Made by a program: the position numbers and the translations under genes
Source: Bacilli bacterium
Lineage (GTDB): Bacteria; Bacillota_I; Bacilli_A; RF39; UBA660
Direction: 5' to 3'
Length of the DNA stretch: 64,000 nt
Assembly: GCA_017887425.1 (NCBI GenBank)
Contig: JAGHHZ010000017.1
Location: forward strand, 2,269-66,268
Shown: in pieces, positions 1 through 9,722 of the stretch
Position numbering within the stretch: position 1 is the stretch's first letter
Layout of the letters: every line of letters starts with the position of its first letter
Notes under the pieces: generated by a model
Seen by the model: the letters and a program-made list of their open reading frames with translations, nothing else
The model's database searches: none
What the model was told of the DNA's origin: nothing

Positions 1-2230
1 AATAAGTATCAATTCTTTTACTATCGGCCTCAAAAACATAACTTTCCATATGCGTATACAATAAATCATCAGTATTTTTACTATTTAACAATTGATTTAT
101 CTCTTCACTAGGTGAATTAATTTCCTCTTCTAATATCAGCATCGAATCATATAAATGGATATTACCATACTGTAATTCTACTAAAGAACTAACGCTATCT
201 TTTAAGCCAAATCCTGTTAGCAATAAAGCTGTACAACCAGAGATTCCTAAAAGAGTCATAATAATTCTTTTTTTATATCTAAACATATTTCTAATTGTAA
301 CTTTCCAAGTAAAAGATAATCTTTTCCAAATAAATTTTATTTTTTCTAAAAATACTTTTTTACCATTTTTCGGTGGTGCGGGACGTAATAATGTCGCAGG
401 TACATATTTAAAATCTTTTAAAATTGTAATCAATGTGACAATGATCATCAAAGATAAAGTTACTAAAATAATCGATACGCAAGGAATTACTTCCGCATAT
501 GTTTTCAAATCAGGAATAATGTAATTAGAATGATATATATTATATATAATATGTGGAATATAAGCATAACCGATACTTAATCCAATCACTAAACCAATCG
601 ATGTAGCTATTAATACATAAAACAAATAACTAATTACTATTTTAAATTTACTTATTCCAAGTGATACATAAATTCCAATTTCATTTCTTTCTTCTTCAAT
701 CATTCTTGTCATAGTATTTAAACTCATCAAGAAAACAACAAGCATAAAAAATACTGGAAAAACAGCTGCTATCGCATCTACTTTAGTTGCATTTTCATAA
801 AAGTTTGTATATCCTGAATTATCCTCACGACTCATCAAATACCAAACTGGTTTTTCTAAATTATTTACCTCTTCTTTAGCATCAGCAATCTCTTGTTCTG
901 CTTTAGCTATCTCTTCTAAAAAAGTTTGATAATTTTCTTCATATTCTTCATAACCTTCATTTAATTCTTTTTCATTTTCTTGAATTATTTCATAATTATC
1001 ATTTAACTCATTAATTGCTTTAGAAAATTCAGTTTCCCACTTAGCCATATTATCTTTTATTTTTTGTTCATTTTCATCCAAAGTAACTTTAGTATTAATT
1101 AACAGTTCTAAATTACTTTTTGTTTCCATTAACTGATTTAAAGTTGCTTGATAAGTTAAATATTCAGGACTAGTAGGATCTAATGTTTCTAATAAAGCAT
1201 TGATATTATCAATTTGATTATTCAAAGTTTCTAAACTTATTTCTAACTCGTTTTCTTGTAAATTATATTGTTCTAAAGTTTCTTCAAACTGTTTTCTTCC
1301 CTCTTCTAACTCTTGATTAGCATCATTAAAGGTTCGTTCCATTTCTTTACTAGTTTCTTCTAACTCATCATAACCTTCTTGCCACTCTTGATAAGCTTTT
1401 TCAATTTCTTCTTTACCATCATCTAACTCTTTTTTAGCGTCACTCAATTTCTGTTCATTTTCTGATTTTTCTTTATTTAATTCAGCTTCAGCATCATTAA
1501 TTTCTTTCGTCGCTTCAGCTAATATTTCTTCGTATCTAATTGTTTCTCTAATTGGTTTCAATTCTTTTAGTTTACTATCTAAAACACTAATAATTTCGTT
1601 ATATTCATCTAAATAAGCAATTTTATCTATTCCATCTTTGGCGATAATATATATTTCGGTGTAATATTCGATATCAAAATTTTCTTTAGGAATAAATATA
1701 TATTTATCTAATTTACCATCACCAACTGTCGATATTCCTTTAGTACGATACATATATAAAGAACTAGTAACGGTCCCAGAAACAGTATATTCTTTAGTTT
1801 TTAAATTATCTGATTCAATAACTATTTTATCGCCAATATTATATGTTCCCTCTTCAACTAAACATTCATTAGTATCAGGCATTTCACCACTAATTAAATT
1901 AACTTTATTAATTTCATCGTTGATTGCATGAATTCTCGTCACATCACCATCTAGAATAATATCAAAAGAATAAGATGGTTCAACTATTAAATTATCAGCT
2001 ACTTCTTTAATCGATTCTAAATCACCATCGGTTAATCCCATCGTACTAATTATTTTATAATCCATTAAATTAGTACTATCATAATATTCATCGACAGTTT
2101 TTATCATATCCATCGATGCTTCTCTAATTCCCGAGAAAAAAGCACTACCCAAAGCTACTATAAAAATTAAAGATAAAAATCTTCCTAAAGAATTTTTAAT
2201 CTTTCGAAAACTATTAATAAAAATCAACAT
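1..2230 (-). CDS. FtsX-family ABC transporter permease (3' end runs off the left window edge)
   Basis: Missing from the ORF track because the frame has no stop inside the window. The reverse complement (rc) from the ATG at 2230-2228 reads [34 protein letters not shown] (typical FtsX/MacB-type N-terminus with TM1). A long E/K/L/N-rich stretch follows, then an FtsX-type TM bundle (...EERNEIGIYVSLGISKFKIV...). The ATG overlaps the TAA of the upstream ATPase gene by 1 nt (TAATG). Confidence 0.8.
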   Translation of the reverse strand, partial: MLIFINSFRKIKNSLGRFLSLIFIVALGSAFFSGIREASMDMIKTVDEYYDSTNLMDYKIISTMGLTDGDLESIKEVADNLIVEPSYSFDIILDGDVTRIHAINDEINKVNLISGEMPDTNECLVEEGTYNIGDKIVIESDNLKTKEYTVSGTVTSSLYMYRTKGISTVGDGKLDKYIFIPKENFDIEYYTEIYIIAKDGIDKIAYLDEYNEIISVLDSKLKELKPIRETIRYEEILAEATKEINDAEAELNKEKSENEQKLSDAKKELDDGKEEIEKAYQEWQEGYDELEETSKEMERTFNDANQELEEGRKQFEETLEQYNLQENELEISLETLNNQIDNINALLETLDPTSPEYLTYQATLNQLMETKSNLELLINTKVTLDENEQKIKDNMAKWETEFSKAINELNDNYEIIQENEKELNEGYEEYEENYQTFLEEIAKAEQEIADAKEEVNNLEKPVWYLMSREDNSGYTNFYENATKVDAIAAVFPVFFMLVVFLMSLNTMTRMIEEERNEIGIYVSLGISKFKIVISYLFYVLIATSIGLVIGLSIGYAYIPHIIYNIYHSNYIIPDLKTYAEVIPCVSIILVTLSLMIIVTLITILKDFKYVPATLLRPAPPKNGKKVFLEKIKFIWKRLSFTWKVTIRNMFRYKKRIIMTLLGISGCTALLLTGFGLKDSVSSLVELQYGNIHLYDSMLILEEEINSPSEEINQLLNSKNTDDLLYTHMESYVFEADSKRIDTY

Positions 2231-2931
2231 TACCAATCAAGCTCCTCAACTAATTTTGGATGCTTATTAATCGTTATATTAGATACCTGACCATTTTTAA
2301 TTTTAATTACTTTATCGGCTATATCAGCAATTATCGCATTATGAGTAATTATAATGGTTGTCATACCTGATTCGTGACAAGTTTTTTGTAATAACTCTAA
2401 AATTAATTTACCCGTTTTAGAATCTAAAGCACCTGTTGGCTCATCACATAGTAATAATTTAGGATTTTTAGCTAAGGCTCTAGCAATTGATACCCTTTGT
2501 TGTTCCCCACCTGATAGTTGAGCAGGAAAATGATTAATTCGATCTTCTAATCCGACACTTTTTAAAGTTTCTTCACTATCCTTCGGATTTTTACAAATTT
2601 GACTAGCTAAAGAAACATTTTCTAAAGCTGTTAAATTACCAACTAAGTTATAAAACTGAAAAACAAAACCAATATCATATCTACGATAATTAGTTAACTG
2701 TTTTTTATTATATTTAGAAATATCTTTACCATCAATAATAATAGTTCCACTATCAGCAATATCCATACCACCTAAAATATTTAAAACGGTAGTCTTACCT
2801 GCCCCTGATGGGCCTAAAATAACAACTAATTCACCTTTTTCAATTTCAAAAGAAATATTTTCAATTGCCTTAATTGTCACCTCACCCATTTTATAACTTT
2901 TACTAATATTTTTAACATCGATATAAGCCAT
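2230..2931 (-). CDS. ABC transporter ATP-binding protein (MacB/LolD-like)
   Basis: Walker [10 protein letters not shown], signature [15 protein letters not shown], Walker B LLLCDEPT. The likely start is the ATG at 2931 ([13 protein letters not shown]) behind GGGTGA, rather than the GTG at 2940. Confidence 0.9.
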   Translation of the reverse strand: MAYIDVKNISKSYKMGEVTIKAIENISFEIEKGELVVILGPSGAGKTTVLNILGGMDIADSGTIIIDGKDISKYNKKQLTNYRRYDIGFVFQFYNLVGNLTALENVSLASQICKNPKDSEETLKSVGLEDRINHFPAQLSGGEQQRVSIARALAKNPKLLLCDEPTGALDSKTGKLILELLQKTCHESGMTTIIITHNAIIADIADKVIKIKNGQVSNITINKHPKLVEELDW

Positions 2932-3020
2932 TTGTATCACCCATTCTTCTAATTAAATTATACATCTATTATAAGTAAAAAACAAGGAAATTATAATTTT
3001 TTTTAGTTAATTTTTATAAT

Positions 3021-3050
3021 AAAAAAACTAGAATCAAATGACTCTAGTTT
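3021..3050 (-). terminator. Rho-independent terminator after the YfcC-like gene
   Basis: The minus strand reads AAACTAGA-N10-TCTAGTTT followed by a T7 run. The 8-bp stem overlaps the TAA stop. Confidence 0.6.
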
Positions 3051-4521
3051 ATACAAAAGTTGTAGCTATAAAAGCAACGACAATAATGATACCTAAAACA
3101 GCTAAAGCAAATTTCCAAATAAATTTCATCCAATCTTTATATGGTACTTCTAAATATGATAATCCAGCAAGTAAGAATACACTTGTAGGAGCTATCAACA
3201 TAACTAAGCCATATATTGTTTGGAATATTAAAGCAACAACTGAAATTGCTCCAGCGTCTAATTCACTAAAGAATCCAGCAAATGCATTAATTGGTTGTGG
3301 GAAAACACTATAAGTAAATGAAGTTACAGCTGAACTTGCAATAGTTCCCATTAAAGAGAATTCTTCGCCTGAAGTAAATTGATTGACTAGTGTATAAACA
3401 AAGTTAGCTGACAATGATAATACAGCTGTAAAGATAATGCATGATAATACCGCATAAAATGCAGGTACAAGCATTTGTTTAACACCTTTTACAAATCCAT
3501 CGAAAGCTTCGCTAAACTTAACGCTATATAACCAAGCAATAATAAGTGAAGCAGCAATTAAAACGAAAATAATATTGTAATTGTTCCATTCACCTAACGA
3601 ACTAATATTACCTAAAATATTAGTTAAAAGTGGATAACCGTTAATTTCAAATTCTGTTATTTGCTCATGAATAGTTGTAAACACATCAATATTAAATGTA
3701 TATACCCATTTATAAGTACCTACTATTAATATAGCAAACATAATAACAAAAATAATAACTAAAGGAAAAATATCTTTTTTAGATTCTTTCTTTTCATAAA
3801 GTGGTATATCAACCTTAACTTCTTCTTTAATTTCAGCTTGTTTTTCTTTACTAGCTTTTTTAGTCTTTTTAGTTTCCTCTTTTACTTCAGTTTTAACTTC
3901 TTTAACAGACTTACTTATTATTAAACAATATAATGCTGTTACAACAACTAATAAAACTAATCTTACTAAAATCAAAGTAAACATTGACATTTCAGTAGAG
4001 ATACTACCAAATATAACATTTGTATACCCCCACATATCAGATCCTAAAGTAGATCCGATTTGACCAATTAATAAACCACCTACTGTTGCAGCTAAAGTAG
4101 GAACTTTATTAAAACCTAATTTTAATAAAATAGTTGCAAAGAATGGCATTAAAATAAATATAACACTGTTTAAACCAATGACTGATGATAATAAAGAGAA
4201 AATAACAGTAGTAATAATTAAAAACTTTTTACTATTTTTCTTCCATTTATTAGTAACAGTTTCAACTAATTTAGAATAAACACCAGTTGTATTTAAAACA
4301 CCATATAATCCACCAATTGCCAATAATAAAAGTCCAAATTCGATAAAATTATTGAAAATTAAAAGTGGTATGTTGACAAGATCAAATAGTCCAATTGGAT
4401 TTGTCATCTCAAGTGAAGTAAATGAACCGTCAGAATAAATTCCCGCTGGAATAACCCAACTGATCAATACAATTATTGCAAATGTGATTCCCAACACCTT
4501 TAATAAATCATACTTTTTCAT
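3049..4521 (-). CDS. YfcC-family (C4-dicarboxylate anaerobic carrier-like) membrane transporter
   Basis: 490 aa and polytopic. The N-terminus (ITFAIIVLISWVIPAGIY) and C-terminal blocks resemble E. coli YfcC as I recall it. It contains a K/E-rich low-complexity loop (KEVKTEVKEETKKTKKASKEKQAEIKEE). Confidence 0.6.
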   Translation of the reverse strand: MKKYDLLKVLGITFAIIVLISWVIPAGIYSDGSFTSLEMTNPIGLFDLVNIPLLIFNNFIEFGLLLLAIGGLYGVLNTTGVYSKLVETVTNKWKKNSKKFLIITTVIFSLLSSVIGLNSVIFILMPFFATILLKLGFNKVPTLAATVGGLLIGQIGSTLGSDMWGYTNVIFGSISTEMSMFTLILVRLVLLVVVTALYCLIISKSVKEVKTEVKEETKKTKKASKEKQAEIKEEVKVDIPLYEKKESKKDIFPLVIIFVIMFAILIVGTYKWVYTFNIDVFTTIHEQITEFEINGYPLLTNILGNISSLGEWNNYNIIFVLIAASLIIAWLYSVKFSEAFDGFVKGVKQMLVPAFYAVLSCIIFTAVLSLSANFVYTLVNQFTSGEEFSLMGTIASSAVTSFTYSVFPQPINAFAGFFSELDAGAISVVALIFQTIYGLVMLIAPTSVFLLAGLSYLEVPYKDWMKFIWKFALAVLGIIIVVAFIATTFV

Positions 4522-4585
4522 TTCTCATAACCTCCGAATTCATTATAGCAAAAATAAATAAATTATTAAAGTTTTTTGAAAAAAT

Positions 4586-4614
4586 TTCACAATATTTTTA
4601 CAAAATGTTATAAT
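4586..4614 (+). promoter_or_regulatory. Sigma-A-type promoter for the radical SAM gene
   Basis: TTCACA, 17 nt, TATAAT, with a TG at -15/-14 (extended -10). It ends 15 nt upstream of the AGGTGA SD. Confidence 0.45.
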
Positions 4615-4629
4615 TAATTAGGTGATTTT

Positions 4630-5556
4630 ATGGTTTTCAAGTATTCTAATAGCAATAAAAGATATCATACCCTAGACTACCATTATAAAAAATTATTTAA
4701 TGAAAAAATAATTAAGGTTAGTTTAAATGCTGGATTTTCTTGTCCTCATTTAAAAAGTGGTGGCTGTATATACTGTAGTAAAATTGGAAGTGGCGAATAT
4801 GCTGGCGATATTAAAGATGATTTAGTAACACAATTTAACAAGGTAAAGAAAGTTATGAATAAAAAATGGCCAACTGGTAAATACATTGGTTATTTTCAAG
4901 CTCGCACCAACACTTATGCTCCCTTAAATGTTTTAAAAGAAAAATATGAAACAATTTTAAAAATCGATAACGTTATCGGTCTGGCTATTGCTACTAGACC
5001 AGATTCTATTACTGATGAATGTTTAGAATATCTAAGTGAGTTAAATAAAAGAACTTATTTAACTATCGAACTAGGCCTACAAACAATTCATGAAAAAACA
5101 GCCAAATTAATTAATCGTGGTCACGATTTAAAATGTTTCACTAAAATGGTTAAAAAATTAAGAGAAAAAAATATCGATGTTGTCGTTCATATTATTAATG
5201 GCCTTCCCTTTGAAACGAAAGAAATGATGATTGAAACAGTCAAATATTTAAATGATTTAGATATTCAAGGAATTAAAATTCATATGTTACAAATATTAAA
5301 AGACACAAAACTAGAAAAATTATATCAAGAGGCCCCTTTTAAATTGCTAACTAAAGAGGAATATATAGAAATTGTTTGTGAACAATTACAATATTTAAAT
5401 GACGAAATTGTTATCCACCGTTTAACTGGCGATCCAAAGCCAGAAGATTTAATTGCTCCTAATTGGGTAATTAAAAAAATTGATGTTTTAAACGGAATCG
5501 ACAAATATATGGCCAAAAATGATATCATTCAAGGACAAAAAGTTGAAAAAAATTAA
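4630..5556 (+). CDS. Radical SAM protein, TIGR01212 (YtqA/YhcC-like) family
   Basis: Cys cluster CPHLKSGGCIYCS, TIM-barrel-like blocks (LTIELGLQTIHEKT, IKIHMLQILKDT), SD AGGTGA. Confidence 0.8.
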   Translation: MVFKYSNSNKRYHTLDYHYKKLFNEKIIKVSLNAGFSCPHLKSGGCIYCSKIGSGEYAGDIKDDLVTQFNKVKKVMNKKWPTGKYIGYFQARTNTYAPLNVLKEKYETILKIDNVIGLAIATRPDSITDECLEYLSELNKRTYLTIELGLQTIHEKTAKLINRGHDLKCFTKMVKKLREKNIDVVVHIINGLPFETKEMMIETVKYLNDLDIQGIKIHMLQILKDTKLEKLYQEAPFKLLTKEEYIEIVCEQLQYLNDEIVIHRLTGDPKPEDLIAPNWVIKKIDVLNGIDKYMAKNDIIQGQKVEKN

Positions 5557-5563
5557 ATTTTTA

Positions 5564-5580
5564 CTAATTTTGAAAATCAG
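5564..5580. promoter_or_regulatory. Operator-like palindrome, copy 1 (CTAATTTTGAAAATCAG)
   Basis: 17-nt near-palindrome with one mismatch relative to copy 2, located 97 nt upstream of it. Confidence 0.3.
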
Positions 5581-5620
5581 TCTTCATTTTTAACCAATAG
5601 TTTACAAAAAATCAAAAATT

Positions 5621-5655
5621 AGCCTAGTTCAATTTTAAAAATCAGGCTATTTTTT
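5621..5655 (+). terminator. Rho-independent terminator after the radical SAM gene
   Basis: AGCCT-N18-AGGCT followed by ATTTTTT. Confidence 0.5.
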
Positions 5656-5660
5656 ATTAT

Positions 5661-5677
5661 CTAATTTTGAAAATTAG
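5661..5677. promoter_or_regulatory. Operator-like perfect palindrome, copy 2 (CTAATTTT-G-AAAATTAG)
   Basis: Perfect 8-1-8 palindrome directly upstream of the -35 box of the small-ORF promoter. Confidence 0.35.
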
Positions 5678-5681
5678 TCAT

Positions 5682-5710
5682 TTGATTAATATTTTCAACT
5701 AAAGTATAAT
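5682..5710 (+). promoter_or_regulatory. Sigma-A-type promoter of the 68-aa ORF
   Basis: TTGATT, 17 nt, TATAAT. The GGAGG SD and the ATG lie 20 nt downstream. Confidence 0.5.
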
Positions 5711-5731
5711 CAATATCGAAGGAGGAATATA

Positions 5732-5938
5732 ATGGAAAACTTTATCGAAAAAACATCTCATCTAACAGAAGATGAGATAAACGAAATACTTTACTATTAT
5801 CAGCAAGGCATCGATATCGGTAAAGAAGAAACTATGGTTAAAATAGTTAATAACATGAGTAACATGTCATTCGATGTAGAAACAATTGCTAAAATAGTAA
5901 ATAAAACGCCTAATCAAATAAATCAATATTTATTATAA
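5732..5938 (+). CDS. Small acidic protein resembling the C-terminal helical repeat of Rpn/transposase_31-family proteins
   Basis: Strong SD (GAAGGAGGAATATA ATG). The sequence GIDIGKEETMVKIVNNMSNMSFDVETIAKIVNKTPNQI resembles the C-terminal repeat of Rpn-family nucleases (from memory). No nuclease domain is present. Confidence 0.45.
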   Translation: MENFIEKTSHLTEDEINEILYYYQQGIDIGKEETMVKIVNNMSNMSFDVETIAKIVNKTPNQINQYLL

Positions 5939-5947
5939 AAATCCAAT

Positions 5948-7732
5948 CTATTCGATTGGATTTTTCCTTTCAATAAACCATGCATTACTAATATTACAGC
6001 TACTACTAGATGGAGCAGGATTTGGCATTTCTAGTTTAGCAATAACTGGCACTTTAAATGCCGTACCAAAGACAATACAATTACCGGGTTGTAAAATTTT
6101 TAATCTTTTAACAATCTCATTAGTAATATTTGGAATCATCTCTTTAATATATTGAACATCTAATGGATGTAACATTTTAAAAATTAAAAAGTTATTACAT
6201 TGTGATAAAGTAGTTTCTGATAATTCACTAGGTCTTTGACTAATTAATCCTAACATAACGCCATATTTACGACCTTCCTTAGTTATTCTTTCAAAAATAT
6301 TATAACCTAATAAATTTACGTCATTATCATTTTGAACATATCTGTGAGCCTCTTCCAAAATAATATGAAAAGGCATGCTTGCACGTTTATCATTCTCTTT
6401 AGCATAATCAAACAATAATTTAGAATAAATTTTGGTTAAACTTTTAGCTAAACGATCATCGATATAGTTAATATTAAAGTTAATTATTTGAGCTTTTCTT
6501 CCATTAGTAGCAGTTAACAGTTCTTTAACATATTGTCCTCTAGTAACATATTTATCATACTCAAAATATCTTGCCGCATCACTATTAACTAAAGTATGTA
6601 ATCTAACTTTTAAAACATTACTATCTTCATATACACGTTCACTATTTAAAGATCCTTCACTAATTAAAGCAAAATCAAACGCTTTTTCTAAGTCATATAA
6701 AGTATACATAATATCCTCATCAGGCAAATCTAAACTCAAATCATTTTGAATATATTTCTGCATAAAATTAGTTACTAATTCCATTTCCCTAATTTTGCCT
6801 GATGCATCAATTAACAAGCATTGTTTCAAAGGTCTAGTATAACCAGGTTGAAAGATAGGTGTTTCCAAATTCAACTCTGGTGTATTATAGTTAGACAAAA
6901 TTGAAAAAACTTGGTCACGAATTTGTGCTGGTGGATTACCACTTGAAAATATATCTAATATAGCACGAGCAATTATATCATTTTTATGTTTAATGACATC
7001 ATCACTACTACGCGCAAAAATATTAACCAATTTTAAGGCTTTTTCAATTATTGGTAATTGTGATGACCTTTCAGCATTAAGTAATAAAGCTAAATCATCA
7101 ACACCTAATAACCAAACTGGTATTCTTAAAACTTCTGTTTCACTAAAGTGTAAATTAGTAGTAAAAGATTTAAATGATATCTCATCACGACCACCACCGA
7201 TGTTTTTAAAAGCATTGTGATATTCACCATAAGCATCAAAAATAAATAAACTAGCACGATATGGTACATAATTTTTACGATCAAATATGTTTTGAATAAT
7301 CCTTGCCACACCACAAGACTTACCAGAACCAGTTGATCCTAAAACGGCAAAATGATTACTGAAAAATTGATTGATATTAGCGCCTACTTTAATACCCGGA
7401 TAAATCGGACTGGTCCCAATATAAATATCTCTGTTTTCTTGGTAATTTTCAATACCGATTATCATTGGAATCTTTTCTTTAGAAATTAATTTTACTACTG
7501 AACTAAAAGAAGGTTTAACAATGACACCAAATACAAACTTATCATTAACTATTTCACCTAATAAATTAATATATGCGATATTATCTTTAATATCGATTAT
7601 TTCACCTACTATTTTACGTTCTCCATCTTCCATAATAACATGAACATTAATTAAGTTTTCAAATTGATTAACGTCAATAGCAAGTTTTAATTGAACTTCA
7701 TTTTCTACGATACCAATTATATTTCCTAACAC
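5948..7732 (-). CDS. HerA/FtsK-like (DUF87) P-loop ATPase
   Basis: N-terminal barrel-like domain, Walker A VLGSTGSGKSCGV, Walker B-like HIILEEAHRY, and an RKYG...LISQRPSEL block typical of HerA. The likely start is the GTG at 7732, behind GGGAGGT; the ORF track starts at the TTG at 7747. Confidence 0.7.
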   Translation of the reverse strand: MLGNIIGIVENEVQLKLAIDVNQFENLINVHVIMEDGERKIVGEIIDIKDNIAYINLLGEIVNDKFVFGVIVKPSFSSVVKLISKEKIPMIIGIENYQENRDIYIGTSPIYPGIKVGANINQFFSNHFAVLGSTGSGKSCGVARIIQNIFDRKNYVPYRASLFIFDAYGEYHNAFKNIGGGRDEISFKSFTTNLHFSETEVLRIPVWLLGVDDLALLLNAERSSQLPIIEKALKLVNIFARSSDDVIKHKNDIIARAILDIFSSGNPPAQIRDQVFSILSNYNTPELNLETPIFQPGYTRPLKQCLLIDASGKIREMELVTNFMQKYIQNDLSLDLPDEDIMYTLYDLEKAFDFALISEGSLNSERVYEDSNVLKVRLHTLVNSDAARYFEYDKYVTRGQYVKELLTATNGRKAQIINFNINYIDDRLAKSLTKIYSKLLFDYAKENDKRASMPFHIILEEAHRYVQNDNDVNLLGYNIFERITKEGRKYGVMLGLISQRPSELSETTLSQCNNFLIFKMLHPLDVQYIKEMIPNITNEIVKRLKILQPGNCIVFGTAFKVPVIAKLEMPNPAPSSSSCNISNAWFIERKNPIE

Positions 7733-7815
7733 TTTATTACCTCCCAATTATAATAATATTATACAATTTTTTTTAAAAAAAGAAAATACTTTATTTATTA
7801 TATTTAAAAAAGATG

Positions 7816-9063
7816 TCACTTTATAATAAAGCTGACACCTTTTTTTTCGTTAACAACACTTATTTCATAACCTAGCAAGTTAAGTGTTTTCTTAACGATC
7901 GATAGTCCCAATCCAAATTGACCTTTAATTCCTTTTTTATAGGGAGTAAATATATTATTTAGGATATCAGTATCAATATGTGGACCATCGTTGTAAAAAG
8001 TTATTTTATTGTTTTTAAATGTTATTTTTATTTCTTTTGTCGCATATCTTATAAAATTATTTAATAAATTATCGATGATAGCTTCCCACATATCGTGTGT
8101 ACCGTTAAATATCATCCGGCCACTAGCTGTAACAACAAATTCAACATCAGGGCGCTGGATTTTAAATTTCTCAATGCTACTTTCGATAATCGGTTTTACA
8201 TTAATCTTTTTTCCAGTTTTTTCTAAATCTTTAAGATACACTAATTTATTTAAATATAAAAGGGAGTGTACTTTTATTTCGAGTTTGTTTAATTGTTCTT
8301 TAATTATGGTGCCTCCTGTTTGAGGATCCATGATACCATCTTCGATGGCTTCTATATGTGATTTTATAACAGTAAGAGGAGTTTTAAAATCATGAGAAAT
8401 GTTTTGATACATTTGATTTTTATATTCGTCTTGTTTTTTCAATGTTGCTTTCATGTCATCGATAGCATTAGATAAAGATGTTAATTCATCATCAAAGGTA
8501 TATTGCTTTTTATCAACATACTCATCATTATCTAAATTATCGACTTTCTCTTTTAAGTGATATATTTTTTTCACTAATTGATTAGCCCATAACATAATTA
8601 TTCCAACAGCAATCAGTAAGGTCCCGATGATAATTGGAAGTAAGGTTTTCATAACATCCGACCTTATTTCCATCAAATAATTATTATTGGTTAGAGCTGT
8701 TTTGGAAATATATTGGGTTTTAATATTATAATAATAATATGTTTTACCTAAATAAGTAAATTTGCCATATTCATTATCTACTCTATCTAATATTTGTTTA
8801 GCGTCTATATAAATTATATCTTTAAGATTCTCGGAAACAACAATTTCATCATCTAAAACATATATATAGGCTACATCTTCTAATTCTGTTTGTTCAATAT
8901 TATTTTCTATTAATTCGAGTGGTTGTTTTAGATATTGATAAATATTTTTTTCATAGATAGGGAGTAAAAGTTTTGGGAGGAGTAGGCCCAAACTTATAAA
9001 TATAATGCCACAAATGATAATAGCAAGTGAAACTAATTGTCGATATAAAGTAGTTTTAATCAT
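7816..9063 (-). CDS. Sensor histidine kinase (two TM segments with an extracytoplasmic loop, HisKA plus HATPase_c)
   Basis: H-box ISHDFKTPLT, N-box and G-boxes (DNLLNNFIRY, GLGLSIV). Overlaps the response regulator (RR) gene by 4 nt. Confidence 0.85.
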   Translation of the reverse strand: MIKTTLYRQLVSLAIIICGIIFISLGLLLPKLLLPIYEKNIYQYLKQPLELIENNIEQTELEDVAYIYVLDDEIVVSENLKDIIYIDAKQILDRVDNEYGKFTYLGKTYYYYNIKTQYISKTALTNNNYLMEIRSDVMKTLLPIIIGTLLIAVGIIMLWANQLVKKIYHLKEKVDNLDNDEYVDKKQYTFDDELTSLSNAIDDMKATLKKQDEYKNQMYQNISHDFKTPLTVIKSHIEAIEDGIMDPQTGGTIIKEQLNKLEIKVHSLLYLNKLVYLKDLEKTGKKINVKPIIESSIEKFKIQRPDVEFVVTASGRMIFNGTHDMWEAIIDNLLNNFIRYATKEIKITFKNNKITFYNDGPHIDTDILNNIFTPYKKGIKGQFGLGLSIVKKTLNLLGYEISVVNEKKGVSFIIK

Positions 9064-9722
9064 GTTAGACGATACCCAAAGCCATAAATTGTATTGATAT
9101 GTAATTTAGGCATTTTCTTTCTTAATCTTCTGACTAAATCATCGACAACGCGATCACTACCAAAATAATTTTCACCCCAGATAATATTTAGAATATCATC
9201 ACGGCTATAAGATTTACCTTTGTTATTTAAAAACATATATAATAAATCAAATTCTAAGGTAGTTAAATTCACTTCTTTACCATCATGTGTCACTATTCTT
9301 TTATCAACATCTACTTCATAATTTTCATATTTAATTTTATTAGAAGAAGCATATACTCTTTTTAATATGTTGTTTATTCTTAAAACTAATTCTTTAGGAG
9401 AATATGGTTTAGTAACATAATCATCACTTCCTAACTCAAGACCTAAAATTTTATCCAAATCTTGGTCACGAGCAGAAGTAAAAATAACGGGAACGTTTTT
9501 ATCAAACTCACGTATTTTTTTAATTAAATCATAACCACTTATAGTGTCTCCCAACATAATATCGAGAATCCATAAATCAATTTTCTCTTTGCCTATATAT
9601 TCTAAAGCAGGTAGCCCTTTAAAAAATTGAATGACTTCATAACCTTCTTTTTCAATATATGACTTCATTAAATTATTTAATGATTCTTCATCTTCGACTA
9701 AACAAATCTTATACACATTCAT
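9060..9722 (-). CDS. OmpR-family response regulator
   Basis: Receiver domain (LVEDEE, ILDIMLGD, TSARD, KP) plus a winged-helix C-terminus (LTTLEFDLLYMF...IYGFGYRL). Start taken at the ATG at 9722. Confidence 0.9.
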   Translation of the reverse strand: MNVYKICLVEDEESLNNLMKSYIEKEGYEVIQFFKGLPALEYIGKEKIDLWILDIMLGDTISGYDLIKKIREFDKNVPVIFTSARDQDLDKILGLELGSDDYVTKPYSPKELVLRINNILKRVYASSNKIKYENYEVDVDKRIVTHDGKEVNLTTLEFDLLYMFLNNKGKSYSRDDILNIIWGENYFGSDRVVDDLVRRLRKKMPKLHINTIYGFGYRLT

